Source of the DNA: Octopus bimaculoides
Lineage: Eukaryota
Length of the DNA: 50,225 nucleotides
Assembly (NCBI RefSeq): GCF_001194135.2
Contig: NC_068998.1
Location: 17,785,801 to 17,836,025, forward strand
Reading direction: 5' to 3'
Each line of letters begins with the position of its first letter. Position 1 is the first letter of the stretch. The notes under the pieces were generated by a model. It did not search any database and had not been told where the DNA came from. It saw only the letters and a list, made by a program, of their open reading frames with translations. The position numbers were made by a program, and so were the translations under genes. This document shows, piece by piece, positions 1 to 11,900 of the stretch.

Positions 1-362
1 CATCTACCTGAAGGGGTTTGTGTTTTATCTACCTTCCTACTTATTAGGATTTTGGTTTTAGCTAGGTTGACTCTAAGGCCCTTCAATTCTAGACCTTGCT
101 TCCACACCTGAAACTTCTCCTCTAGTTCTGATAGTGACTCCGCAATTAGGGCAAGGTCATCAGCATAGAGGAGCTCCCAGGGGCAACCTGTCTTGAACTC
201 CTCTGTGATTGCCTGGAGGACTATGGTAAATAATAGGGGGCTGAGGACGGAACCTTGGTGGACCCCTACCTCTACCCGGAATTCATTGCTGTACTCATTT
301 CCAACCCTCACCTTACTGGCAGCATCTCTGTACATGGCTCGCACAGCTCTCACTAACCATTC
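1..362 (-). mobile_element. RTE-clade LINE ORF2 fragment, reverse transcriptase core; 5'-truncated at a (TA)n tract and running off the window edge
   Basis: Manual minus-strand translation is open: EWLVRAVRAMYRDAASKVRVGNEYSNEFRVEVGVHQGSVLSPLLFTIVLQAITEEFKTGCPWELLYADDLALIAESLSELEEKFQVWKQGLELKGLRVNLAKTKIL. It contains the GVHQGSVLSPLLF and YADD (156-167) motifs of non-LTR RTs. Confidence 0.93.
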
Positions 363-1073
363 TATATATATATATATATATACACACACATACATCCACA
401 CATATATGTATATCTATATGTGTGTGTTCCTGTTTGTTTTTACTTGTCTAAAAATGGGTTCTGCTTAGGTTATGTTTCTTCATATCCAATAATATAATAG
501 TTCGACAAACAGAGATTAATAAAATAAATCCTGAGGTCGAAATGATTAATGAATGTTTTGAAGCATGCCCAGAGTTTAATGGGTGTAAATACTGAAAAGG
601 ATGTATTGATTTCTTATATAGAAATAAGACACCAAATTCATATAGGAGAGAATAAAAATTGCATGATGATTGTGTTTGTGTCTTTCTCAAGGGTATTTAC
701 AATGCAAACAAAGTGAGAAAAATGACAACTAGATACAGAAATTAGGTCAAGAACTGAACTTGGCTGGAACTTACTATTTCTCAATAGCACCAGTTATAGG
801 CAACATGTAGGAGATGATGTTCTACTATTGAGCTCTGGAGTGGAAATTATAGTGTTCAACATTCATTTGTTCATAACATCAGCCTCACAGACCTTAGCAT
901 GCCCTTTGCTCCAAAAACCTGTTTCTATCACTGGATAGCATTTTATGAATTAACATACATAATTTTTTTTTTTTTGAAAAGAAACAAAGTCAATTTATTT
1001 TTACGAAAAGATTTATAATAAATTGAAGTAAACTGAGTATATTGCTGGTATATATCCTATCAACCTTCTAGAT

Positions 1074-1175
1074 CTGCAGTTCTCAACCACCTTTTTGTCT
1101 ATGGACCCCTTTGATTTCTATTCTATTCTGGTGACCCCCACCCACTAACATATTGACCCCAGTTGAGAACCACTG
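1074..1175. mobile_element. hAT/Charlie-type MITE
   Basis: The right end GTTGAGAACCACTG has a degenerate left counterpart ctgcagttctcaacc. Flanks TTCTAGAT (1066-1073) and TTCTAGAC (1176-1183) form an 8-bp TSD matching the NTCTAGAN preference of Charlie elements. Confidence 0.7.
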
Positions 1176-1249
1176 TTCTAGACAATGAAATGCAAAGCCA
1201 ATCAGATTAAAAGAATGCAAAATGAAAGAGCTTTAAGAATAAGGGTAAA

Positions 1250-1540
1250 GGGTAAAGACCCCCTTTAGTCATGAATGACCATGGGATTGTATCTAGAAAG
1301 TTACCTTCCGAGGCACAAGTTTGGGCAAGGTTGTTTATGGAAGACCAACAGTTGCCCATGCATACCAGCATCCTCTCTTCATGCCTCCAATTTTATCTAA
1401 TTGAAAGGCAAAGGCTGAAACAGCTTGGCACTAGTGACTTTGCAACTCATTTCTACAGCTGAGTGAACTGGAGCAATGTGAAATAAAGTGTCTTGCTCCA
1501 GAACACTACACGCAGTATGGTTCAGGAACTGAACTCAAGA
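1250..1540 (-). mobile_element. Diverged SINE copy
   Basis: The minus strand reads gagttcagttcc...gagcaagacactttatttcacattgctccagttcactcagctgtagaaatgag, a B-box-like motif followed by a conserved-type SINE central domain. It ends in a short (cttttacc/ctttac) repeat tail. Confidence 0.55.
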
Positions 1541-2858
1541 ATCAAACTTAAGAATAAGCAATTGGCTATTTGATGTAAGACCATCATCATCTTTCAAAGT
1601 CTATCTTCCGAGCTGGCATGAGTTGAACATTTTGACAGGATCTGATAGGGTCATAGGCAGCATAGTGCTTTAATATCTCCTTTTGCATGGCTTCTATGGC
1701 AGGATGCCTTCCTTAACTCTAACCACTTTACAGGGTGTACTGGGTGCTTTTTTCCATAGCACCAGCACTAGTGAGATCACCACGCAGATCAAATGACAAA
1801 TTTCCCTTTTGACTGAGTGAGGCTACAGTAGAGGAAGGTGGCTTTATGCTAGGTGAGAGGTTAACATATAAAAGAAGGCGTGAGAACTGGACAGGTTTCT
1901 TGCTGTAGAGGAGCATCATTAGAAGAGTGTGTGTGTGAGGAGGATAACTAGATGGAGCTGGAAAGAGAGGTAAAATAGTGGTGATGAAATCAGCATGGAT
2001 TCTGTAGGTACAAGGTGAATAAGGACAAGTGGGGATAGAACAGGGTGTGAGGATGGGTAGAGAAGGTTGCAAGAGTGTATGAGGAGAGTGAGGGATAGTT
2101 AGTGATAGGAAATGTATGAGAGGTCAAATATAATGAAGAACCAAGGGTTGAAGAGTGGTGATCAGTATATGTGGGAGGGGAAGTAAGGAAGGGTAGGTGA
2201 TAACTAGAGATGGTAGGGTTGAGGGGTGGTTGACGATACATATGAGATGTGAGAAAGGTAGGAGAGTTAGGTGAGGACTGATAGAACAGAAGTGGGTGGA
2301 GAGATAATTCTTTATACAGGCATGGAAGGGAACAGTTGATTATAGTGACTCCAGTATCTGATATTTTGGATTTTTTCTGTTTGGCTGCATCTGTGGAAAT
2401 TTTAAAATTTGATGTATTAGTGCACTTTTCCATGCTGAATCTCAGGGGCTAATTCACTTTTTCCAGAAATATTAAAAAACAAATTTACAGAGGTTTAAAG
2501 TTTGATAATTTTTACCCAGTCAGAAAACAGGATTTGGAAGCTGTCATTTTGTGCATGACTGCACAAGTTGTCAACTGTAAACAAATGACCACCTCATACC
2601 TCGTGTTTTAAGCATTCAATAAGTGAAAAATGACCATGTGAGTAAGCAGCTTGGCTTGTTACTATGGAAATAGGCACCTATATATCTGTAGCATTTGGTT
2701 TGCTAAAACTACCCCAAATTTGTAAACTTTAAAAGTTATTAACTCTTTATTTATTGACTTATGGCAAAAATAAACTTTATATCAAACTTTATACCAAACT
2801 ACATCATTACACCAAATATGAAATCAATTGGAACAAAAACTGAAGAAATTGAAAAGTA

Positions 2859-3633
2859 GTAGCCAAACAGAAAAGATTCAATATTTTATTTTATTGATTC
2901 TGGATGGATGAAAAGTAAAATTGACTTTGGAGGGATTTGAACTCAGAACATAAGTTCTAAATACTATAAAACATTTTATCACTCACCAAAAATTCAGCTA
3001 AACCACTTCCTTCATATTATATGTAGCCAAACAGAAAAGATTCAATATTTTATTTTATTGATCCTGGATGGATGAAAAGTAAAATTGACTTTGGAGGGAT
3101 TTGAACTCAGAACATAAGTTCTAAATACTATAAGACATTTTATCACTCACCAAAAATTCAGCTAAACCACTTCCTTCATATTATATTNNNNNNNNNNNNN
3201 NNNNNNNNNNNNNNNNNNNNNNNNNNNNNNNNNNNNNNNNNNNNNNNNNNNNNNNNNNNNNNNNNNNNNNNNNNNNNNNNNNNNNNNNNNNNNNNNNNNN
3301 NNNNNNNNNNNNNNNNNNNNNNNNNNNNNNNNNNNNNNNNNNNNNNNNNNNNNNNNNNNNNNNNNNNNNNNNNNNNNNNNNNNNNNNNNNNNNNNNNNNN
3401 NNNNNNNNNNNNNNNNNNNNNNNNNNNNNNNNNNNNNNNNNNNNNNNNNNNNNNNNNNNNNNNNNNNNNNNNNNNNNNNNNNNNNNNNNNNNNNNNNNNN
3501 NNNNNNNNNNTCTGGATGGATGAAAAGTAAAATTGACTTTGGAGGGATTTGAACTCAGAACATAAGTTCTAAATACTATAAGACATTTTATCACTCACCA
3601 AAAATTCAGCTAAACCACTTCCTTCATATTATA
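2859..3633. repeat. 164-bp tandem repeat, 2-3 visible copies, spanning an N-gap
   Basis: The unit gtagccaaacagaaaagattca...ccacttccttcatattatat starts at 2859 and again at 3023. A partial copy resumes at 3511 after the gap at 3188-3510. The unit includes a SINE-like piece (gatttgaactcagaacataa). Confidence 0.9.
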
Positions 3634-3771
3634 TTTTAATACTGTGCATGAGATGTAGCCATTTGACTAAATTTCATTAAACTATTGGTACTTCAATAAC
3701 CATAGATAAATGTAAGTCAAACGATTTTAAATGACAAGAATTTGACTGTGAGTAATCTGAAAATAGTATGA

Positions 3772-4200
3772 TAGATTTCTTTTATTAGCCACACAGGGCT
3801 CAACATAGATGGGACAAATACAATGTAAAGTTTTTTCTTTTCGATGGGGACGAAAATAAAGTAAAAAAAATTTAAATGGGGATAACGATGAAAAGGCATC
3901 GAGAAAACGATTGGGGTATGTACAAAAAAAAAGAAAATATTACAAAAGTTTCCCAATAAATGGGGAGGTTATCCGTGGAAAGAAAAACCTACGGAAAAGA
4001 CCACGGTAACCTCGGTCCTTAATGTCACAATTTGTTAAATAAAAATTCTTTTATTTATGAAAGAAACGTTAAGTAACTCTCTGTTTACAAAATTTTTACT
4101 GTTCTATAGAATCATGCTCAAAGTGGCTTCGTCATTTATACGTGCCATTCTTGCTACATGTATCCATCTTTTTTCGAAACATTTGCCAGACAACACTTGC
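3772..4200 (-). mobile_element. Probable 3' end of a non-LTR retrotransposon (L1/Tx1-like, tentative)
   Basis: The minus strand ends an ORF as VLSGKCFEKRWIHVARMARINDEATLSMIL*, followed by a CpG-containing UTR and AATAAA near 3780-3786. The clade assignment is from recall only. Confidence 0.4.
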
Positions 4201-4240
4201 CTAGTATGATAGCTAAGAAAAATTTAAAAAAATGTATCCA

Positions 4241-4398
4241 AGGCATGACTGTGTAGTAAGAAGTTTGCTTCCCAAACACATGGTTCCGGGTTCAGTTCCA
4301 CTGTGTGACACCTTGGGTAAGTATCTTCCACTATAACCTTGGGCTGACCAAAGCCTTGTCAGTGGATTTGGCAGATGGAAATTGAAAGAAGCCCATTG
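4241..4398 (+). mobile_element. tRNA-derived SINE, 5' half (family A)
   Basis: The sequence gactgtgtagtaagaagtttgcttcccaaacacatggttccgggttcagttcc carries A/B-box-like motifs, followed by ccttgggtaagt. Homologous copies occur at 11524, 20500, 35429, 38161 and 47028. Confidence 0.85.
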
Positions 4399-4589
4399 TG
4401 TGTGTGTGTGTGTGTGTATGTGTGCATCTATATATACGTATATATTATGTAGGTTGGGAGGTAGGGTAAAATCCCAGCTTTTTCCTCTTAAGGTACATCT
4501 GATTATTCCATTATTACAATCCAGTATGTAGTTGGTGTCATTGTTGTATAGATGCAAGGTATATATTAGAGTTGAAAATTCTGGAAATA

Positions 4590-4795
4590 TTGGTTTCAGA
4601 TTTTGGCACAAGGCCAGGGAGATTGGGGGCGAAGGTAAGTCAATTACATCGACCCCCAACTCCAGTAATCAACTGGTACTTGTTTTATCCACTCTGAAAG
4701 GACCTTAGTGGAATTTGAACTCAGAATATAAAGATGGATGAAAACTGCTAAGCATTTTGCCTGGTGTGCTAACGATTCTGCCAGCTTGCTGCCTT
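4590..4795 (-). mobile_element. tRNA-derived SINE (family C)
   Basis: The minus strand reads ggcagcaagctggcagaatcgttagcac...ttctgagttcaaattcc (A/B-box-like). Related fragments recur at about 19430, 19660, 19890 and 20200. Confidence 0.7.
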
Positions 4796-4984
4796 AAATT
4801 TTGGAAATATTAACAATATTTAATTCTCTGTCTGAAGAATTACTGATAGGAAATTCCTTACATTTTCATCCAACATGTAAAACTCTATAATTCTTAGCAA
4901 ATAAAACGTGCAATTGTGAAGAAATAATACCAAAAAAATTTTCCAGCTTCTGTTTTGTGATACATATCTACATAAATATATGAG

Positions 4985-5218
4985 TGTCTTTGTGTCAGTG
5001 TTTCTTCCCCACATGCGCTCGACAACTGGTGTTGGTGTTTATATCCCTGTAACATAGCAGTTTGGCAAAAGAGACCGATAGAATAAGTAATATGCTTAAA
5101 AAAAAAAAAACTACTGGGGTTGATCTATTCGACAAAAAACTATTTAGGGTGTCGACCCGGCATGGCTGCAGTATAATGACTAAAAAAAATAAAAAAAAAA
5201 TAAAAGATAACAGTGTAA
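4985..5218 (+). mobile_element. SINE family A, 3' half
   Basis: gtttggcaaaagagaccgatagaataagta...ggggttgatctattcgac...gcatggctgcagt matches the 3' halves at 35630-35820 and 47310-47510. Confidence 0.8.
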
Positions 5219-7069
5219 CAGTTCAACTGTTAGATTTTGGTTTCTCTGTCAACTGTATTGTATTTCTGGGGACAATACATTCTATTGTACTTCAGTTCAC
5301 CAAGCTATGTAGGATGGGCACTGAACGTCCTGCGAATGTTACCAAATGAGTTGCTGTTTATCCATTTGAAGCTATCTCTCATTTGTTCGATGCAACGGGT
5401 TTCGAAGCTATATGGAGCAAACTTCTGTGTTTTATGAAGACATCATTGCTATTACAGAGTAGCTTTAATCAGACTGAGTAAATTAGGTAAATTAGCTATC
5501 GGATCCACAGGCTCATCTTATCCTATAAGTAGAATGACTTGTAGAGCACGAACATAAAATAACGTAAACATAACAATAAAAACGATTGTCATACAAAAAC
5601 ATGACGGAAACAATAGTAATATAAAAACAAAGCAAAAACATAAAACAAAAATAAACTTTTTAAAACTCTCATAATTAGGAAGAAAACGTTTTAATATGTA
5701 TGTATAAGAATTTAAACTATTTTTGTGGCATGGATCAAGTTAGAGGATGTGACAAGCCCATAGCCAGAGAGAGAGAATAAACTTTGTTTTTAGAAACGAC
5801 ATACTGAAATGATGACCAGTTGGTTCAAGAGATAAGTAAATTTCCATATCCGAATTTGTCATAGATTACAGATAGGATTTCCGTTTCGTTGAAAATATAA
5901 CACAAAATCTTATCGTGCATACTAATGTTCATATTTCAAATATGAACATTCGATTGAATAGATAACATTATAGATTACTTTTTGATATCATATTTTTCGT
6001 AAGAATACGAGATTTCAGAGTGGTACGCTTAAATCTTTTGGGCTAACTGTATTATAATGTAAAATACCCATAAACAAATCGTTGCATAATCATCAATATT
6101 TAATATATTCAGTTCTTGCGAACGTGGAATAAATCGGAGAATGGGTTAAGAAGAATAGAGTTGTTTCCCTTGTGACACCCACACGCACGATGTATGTTTC
6201 TTACGGATTATCATCGCTAGGAATTTCCCGTGATACGCATGCGCTACTTCAATGAAATCAGGCAATGTGGCGGCAGCTGATATTGCTGCTGGCTGAACTA
6301 AGTAATACTGCTACATCATTGGCTTTACCTAGTACTGCTGCTACTAGCATTACTGTATCTCTATCACAACAACTAGTAGCACCCGGCATTGTGGCCTGTA
6401 GATTCCCACTACAATGGAGACAGCAAATGGATGAAGGAACAAGGGTGTTGCTATCATGAATGTACCACGAAAGCACAACGGAAAGTGCCTATTATTCAAT
6501 ACTGCCTCTCTATAACACTTCAATTGACACTCCCTGTCGGATATTGCACGCCATTGATGCTATCACTACAATCATACAAAATAACTAAAGTGGTACCACA
6601 TTACCTAATGAGATGTTCCTATTCTAAACCGTGTTTCTATCGTGCAGTTTCTCGTTAGAATAGATAACATCTCACCTAACGGATTATTAATTGTTTCAGT
6701 TGGCGTGTAGATTTACCAACCAAATCGGATGTTCCTTTTCTCATTTTCTTGTAATTATCATTAGAATATGATCAGTCAAAAAGCACTATCAACATTAATT
6801 GCATCATAACTACTTTATTAGTGTTTTATGTATTTATGTTTAGAACATCCTCTGTTTAGTTTGTGGGGCAAATAGTGGCTACTTAATAACCAGACTCTAT
6901 GTTTATAGCAGGTGGTAATTAAGTATTGTATTTCCTAATTGAATTATAAACTTGCTAATATATATCGATATATATATATATATGTATATATAAGTGTATA
7001 TATATATTAAAAAAAGAAAAAAAAAACTAGCGTTTCATTGAACGAGCGAAGAACACGGAGACAGGTATA

Positions 7070-7225
7070 ATTAAGTTTCCACCGGAAGTGGAGGAGGGAG
7101 ATTCGTGTCTTATCGTTTATGATTCTTCAGAGTAGATTTCATAATTCAGCTATTTATAAAAGTGAAACTGGTTTTGGATCTGTATATGTGCTGTAACTGG
7201 TCACCGCCGACCAACTTCCTTCAAC
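7070..7225 (+). promoter_or_regulatory. Putative promoter and 5' UTR of the host gene, with an ETS-type motif
   Basis: CCGGAAGTG at 7082-7090 is the ETS/GABP-type consensus. It lies ~140 bp upstream of a strong start context (caacATGGCG) in a region richer in CpG than the rest of the window. Confidence 0.55.
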
Positions 7226-7616
7226 ATGGCGACGGAAGTGAAGGATGTGCTTGCGACTGCTAGCTCCAACACCACTAAGGCTTCCTCTACCACTAAAGAC
7301 ACTTCCCCTACGATGGTGACACCCAACACTCTCGAAAACACTTCTCTACCAGTTGTGTCTACCTCTAGTGCCCCCAATACTGCTGGGATGAGCGCCTCGA
7401 ATCCTAGTAGTCCCAATATACCTGAAGTGCCAACAGAAGGAAATGGTGGTAGTAGCCAGCCACAGCAAAATACAACACAGCAACAAACAGCATCTCAACA
7501 GACAGGATTATTACAAACTAGTGGTATCAAAACACCTACAGGTAGTGTACCACCTACAACAACTTCCATATCCAGCAGTTCTCAAACCACTACCAGTCCT
7601 GTCGGTGCAGGCGCCG
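7226..7616 (+). CDS. First coding exon of an unidentified protein-coding gene (low-complexity S/T/Q/P-rich N-terminus, 130 aa plus 1 nt)
   Basis: ORF MATEVKDVLATASSNTTKASSTTKDTSP...SSSSQTTTSPVGAGA with a caacATGG start context. A consensus donor GCCG|GTAAGT at 7616/7617 gives a phase-1 intron. Composition is clearly more GC-rich and codon-like than the flanks. Confidence 0.82.
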
Positions 7617-9991
7617 GTAAGTACATGGTTTTCAGTCCTTAGATCCTTCATATGTAATTAAAGGAGAACATGCTTGTCTACGTTATTGGATAATAAAATA
7701 AAAGGCATAATTTATCAAGTAGACTCCACATGTTTTTCATATGCGAAAATATTTAATTCAGCTATTCTGTGATTCATTTCCAGTGACTAAGTTCCGCACC
7801 CTGTAAAGAAAATCTCTCGTGAGACCTTTCTTCGTGTAGGCTATTTATTTATCTATTGTATAAAATAAACATATTACACTTATGAAACTAGTTGATGAAA
7901 TGCCAATAAATACGCCGATCCTATCTAAATCTTCGGCAACATTTACTATTTCGTTGTAAACTTATGTTTTCTAAAGACTTGGGTTTCAAAAATAAACGTA
8001 ATCCACATTACTAGGTTATTTCAAACGCTAAATTATACATTTGTTGGAGTAAATATATACACTTCCGAGTACTGAAAAAGAAAATAAATGCTCCAACTTC
8101 TATTTGGCCAGATTTAGCAATAATTATGTGTGAAATGGGGTGAGTTGGATTCTTTCTATGTATAATAGTAATTAGTGAATCAGTGTCTGGAATTTTTGTT
8201 AAACCATAATGTCCCTCAAGATTTTACCCTATCTATGTTTAATTTGTTTTTGTTGAACCCGTATGGTCGTGACACATGTGTTGCCAAGTAAAATGTTTCA
8301 AATGTATGTTGTGGTCCCCTTGACGAATCCTTCTGTATGGTCACAGGCCTGTCCCTTCTTAGTAAGGAAATACATAACATTTGGTCGATCGATGCTGAGA
8401 AAGTAAACTCGTAACAGCTAAATATATGTGTGTTCGTTGGCTATTTCAGAATATTACTGAGTTGATCAAGCATTTGTTCCATTGAAGGAAAATCCTAGAC
8501 TTCCATTCGCCGACTATTGTCATTTCCTCGAAGCTCACATTGAGGCTATGACAACCTTTCCTCGCGATGGTGGGAAGCAAATAAATAAGTAAATAAAAAA
8601 AAAATCATATGTGGCGAGGTTTTATCCTACTTAGCAAAATGGGTATTTCGTTGCCATTACACGTACATTGAACATCGACAAAATTACTGTAGTCTAAAAA
8701 TTCTACAAATACATTGTCTTCGGCGATTGTCTTTCACTAGTTGCTGAACTAAATGGTCAGATGATAAGAGAAGAGCTTCACGCCCTCCTCCTCAGCAATG
8801 TGGTCTTTTTATTTTCGACCGATTTCGATCACCTGATATTTCTTATTCACTTCTTTTAATTAGGACATGAATATTTTTCAAGATTTTTTCCCCTTCTTCT
8901 ACGCTTACAAAATAACGTAATAATAAATATAGAAATACAGAAGAAACTTTGTTTCTTTCATAGTTTTCATTGTCTATTTGAAATAATCGCTATGGTCAGA
9001 ATATCTATACCACCCATTTATTTCATGTTATTGCCCTATCTGGTTGATATTAAGTTAACTGGATTTCTTTTGCTAAACTTAGTTTGAAACAAAATCGTCA
9101 AACATAAAATTATTTTAGCTGTGTTGTCGATTGTGTAATAATTAATTGCAGCATGTTTGATTCGCTGTCTGACTAGGTTAATGTATAAATATTAATATAT
9201 GATTCCCCCCTTGAAAGGAAATCAAGTTTATTTTGAACATGTTTTGAATAACTTATCTATCTAACGAACCCCTTAAGACGAATATGTTAATTTGTTGATA
9301 TAGCATCAGTAGTTGTCGCCTGTGATCATTTTCCATTCTTTAGTCACATTGTCTATTGTTGCTGGTCAACTACTTGTATGCTATTTTAGCTCATGTATAA
9401 TTGACACATTTGTAAACCAAAGGTCATTCTTGTGGTAGCTAGTGACTGCTACAAAATAACCTTTGTCTTGACATAAGACATTGGGTTAAGTTTTTAAGAT
9501 AACTTGCTTAGTTAATGAGCAGTAAAAAAAAATATTTGATTGAGAGCTGCTGATTTTTACTCTATGAACAGCCATGTTTGCATGATTAAAATAATTATTC
9601 CAAGTTAATTTTAATTTGTTTATCAAAAGTCGGTTGCCTCCCCCATTTCCCTACTTCATAAAAAGTAACGATGAGGAATTTTGTTAAAGGTCTTTTTGAA
9701 ATAGACTTTTTCAAAGAAATTCTTGATTCAGTATTCTTCGTTTTCTTCCAACTTCTGAAAGCATATCTTGTTTCAGTTCTATATTCCATTCACACGGTCG
9801 ATCCTTGGTTCAACCAACTTTGTCAGTGCTATGGAATTTTATAAATTACTATAAGGTTCTCTCTCAGTCTTTGTGCCAAAATCTTACGTAATAAAATATA
9901 AGATTGTAAATCCATTTAATTTCCCTAGTACTTCCAATTCTTATATTTTCGTGGAAACATGAATGTTTAAATATTGTATCAGGTCATAATT

Positions 9992-10023
<32 letters not shown>

Positions 10024-11523
10024 GCAACATTGAAAAATACCCAATTGTTTGGTTCAGCATTTAGATTTTATAATTTTTTTTTATATTTGAGCTTCTGAAT
10101 AGGTGTCGTGCAAAGATATTTAATTTTTTTTTTGGGGGGGCAAGTCGAATGGGTATCAGAGTGGGTAAAAACAAACCTTTGTTAGAAAACATCATAGGAA
10201 TGATCTAGTCAAAATCTTAAAAATTTGGTTGGTGATAAGATATGTAAGAGTGTGAATTTCCATGGAGAAATTATGAAAATGTGTTTTGGTCAATATCTAG
10301 GAGGTGATTAATTCAAATCTACTTTTCTGACTTCGGAGTTTGCCAGACAGCTTTGCATTAGCAAATTTTGGGGATATTCTTTGAATAAGTTGTTCATTAT
10401 GTGCAGGTGTTTCCTTTTACTATTATTATTATTATTATTATTATTAATATTATTATTTCTTAGGAAACACTTATCCTTCTCTGCCAATTATGCTGACTCC
10501 CAATTTGATGTTTGCAATCGGTTTTTACCATTTAGAATTCTGTACAATAAAGGCAAGCTGCAGGATAGTTAAGTCCACATTGTTATTTCAATACCAAATT
10601 GAAGCCGTTTCACTACATCTCTTTGCTAATGTCCTTGAGAAAAGTATAAATCAGGAGAATCCTATTTTCTGCTTTCTTATTCATTTAGCACCTCAATATT
10701 GAGCAATAACCAACTGCAGTTTTATCTGTCCTTAATTGTCCTGTTAACCATTTTCCACATTGGTCTTAATATTTGGCTCCTCTGTTGAGTCTATTACATG
10801 CAGATGCTCTTTGTTACTTTCATATTTCTTACCAATGTCACAGTGACATTCTCAAATCTTTCATGTATTTGTCATTGAGGGCAAATGTGCACATGTCATT
10901 TTGAAATGATTCCTCTCTACTGTTGTTTTGATTTGTCTAGATACTCTTGTGTAACTCAAAGCACTTTGTTTTTCATTCTCTCAATGCAGAACATTGGCAA
11001 ATTTCCTAAATTTTGCTTCTCTCTCTGCTCAGTAAACCTTACAACAAGCTTTTTTTTCTTTGTTTCCAGTTATTTTCCTTCCACTTTCTACCAAACCTGT
11101 TACTTCTTTTAGTCTTACCTATTACATTTCTGTTGTCTGATTAGGGGCTTGATCTTGTAGCACAATTAGTTAGTGATTGAGACTGAATCTCTTAGGAATA
11201 TCTAGTGTTTTTGACTTTGTATATTCATTGAATTTCATTGGCACTACAGAGACATTTTTCAGATTCTGCACTCCACCTTTTGCTTGTTGAGTTCTTGTCT
11301 TTATGTTGATTTTCAATGTAAATTCATTACTAACTTATCTATGTTGGAGAGCAAATTTATCATAAATTTCCATGTCTCTTTTCCTGGTCAGAACAAAGTA
11401 ATTGCAGCTATGAGTACACTACCTGTCTTGTAGATAGCCTGTTGGTTTAATGGCTTGCTGGTTTTCTGAAATTTGTGTTATATACCAAAAAAAAAAAAAA
11501 AACCACTCACTTCATGTGTGCAA

Positions 11524-11900
11524 GTATGGCTGTGTGGTAAGAAGTTTGCTTCACAACCACATGGTTTTGGGTTCACTTTTGCTGCATGACACCTTGGGCA
11601 AGTGTTTACTATAACCCCAAGCCAACCAAAGCCTTGTGAGTGGATTTGGTAGGTGGAAACTGAAAGAAGCCTGTTATATGTATGGGTGTGTCTGTTACTG
11701 TCTTCTTGTCCTGACAGCACATGTTAATTATAAGCAAATGTCACCATCATGCAGCCAGTGCCCATTACTTCCAATCTTCCATAAAAACATGTCTGGTCAT
11801 TTGGAATGGGTGTGGGTTGGCAACAAGAAGGGCATCTGGCTGCAGAAATTCCACCTCAAATTTCATGTGACCCATGCTAGTATGCAAAAATGGATTTTAA
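11524..11900 (+). mobile_element. Composite of a family-A SINE 5' half and an RTE-3'-end-like tail
   Basis: ggctgtgtggtaagaagtttgcttcacaaccacatgg...ccttgggcaagtg...gtggatttggtaggtggaaactgaaagaagcc, then ggttggcaacaagaagggcatctggctg...catgctagtatgcaaaaatggattttaaaactgatgatgat. Confidence 0.75.

Noticed and set aside
1880-1930. Degenerate hammerhead-like string on the minus strand (ctaatga-tgct...agca-agaaac-ct-gtc) in GA-rich repeat debris
   Set aside because: The core is mutated and the stem II register does not fit. At best it is a dead relic.
2859-3186. Regularly spaced direct repeats considered as a CRISPR-like array
   Set aside because: The units are contiguous with no unique spacers, the context is eukaryotic, and there are no cas genes.
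6258-6476. Overlapping short ORFs on both strands, including MWRQLILLLAELSNTATSLALP with a signal-peptide-like start
   Set aside because: There is no recognisable homology or supporting splice structure. They are treated only as part of a possible divergent UTR or non-coding exon.
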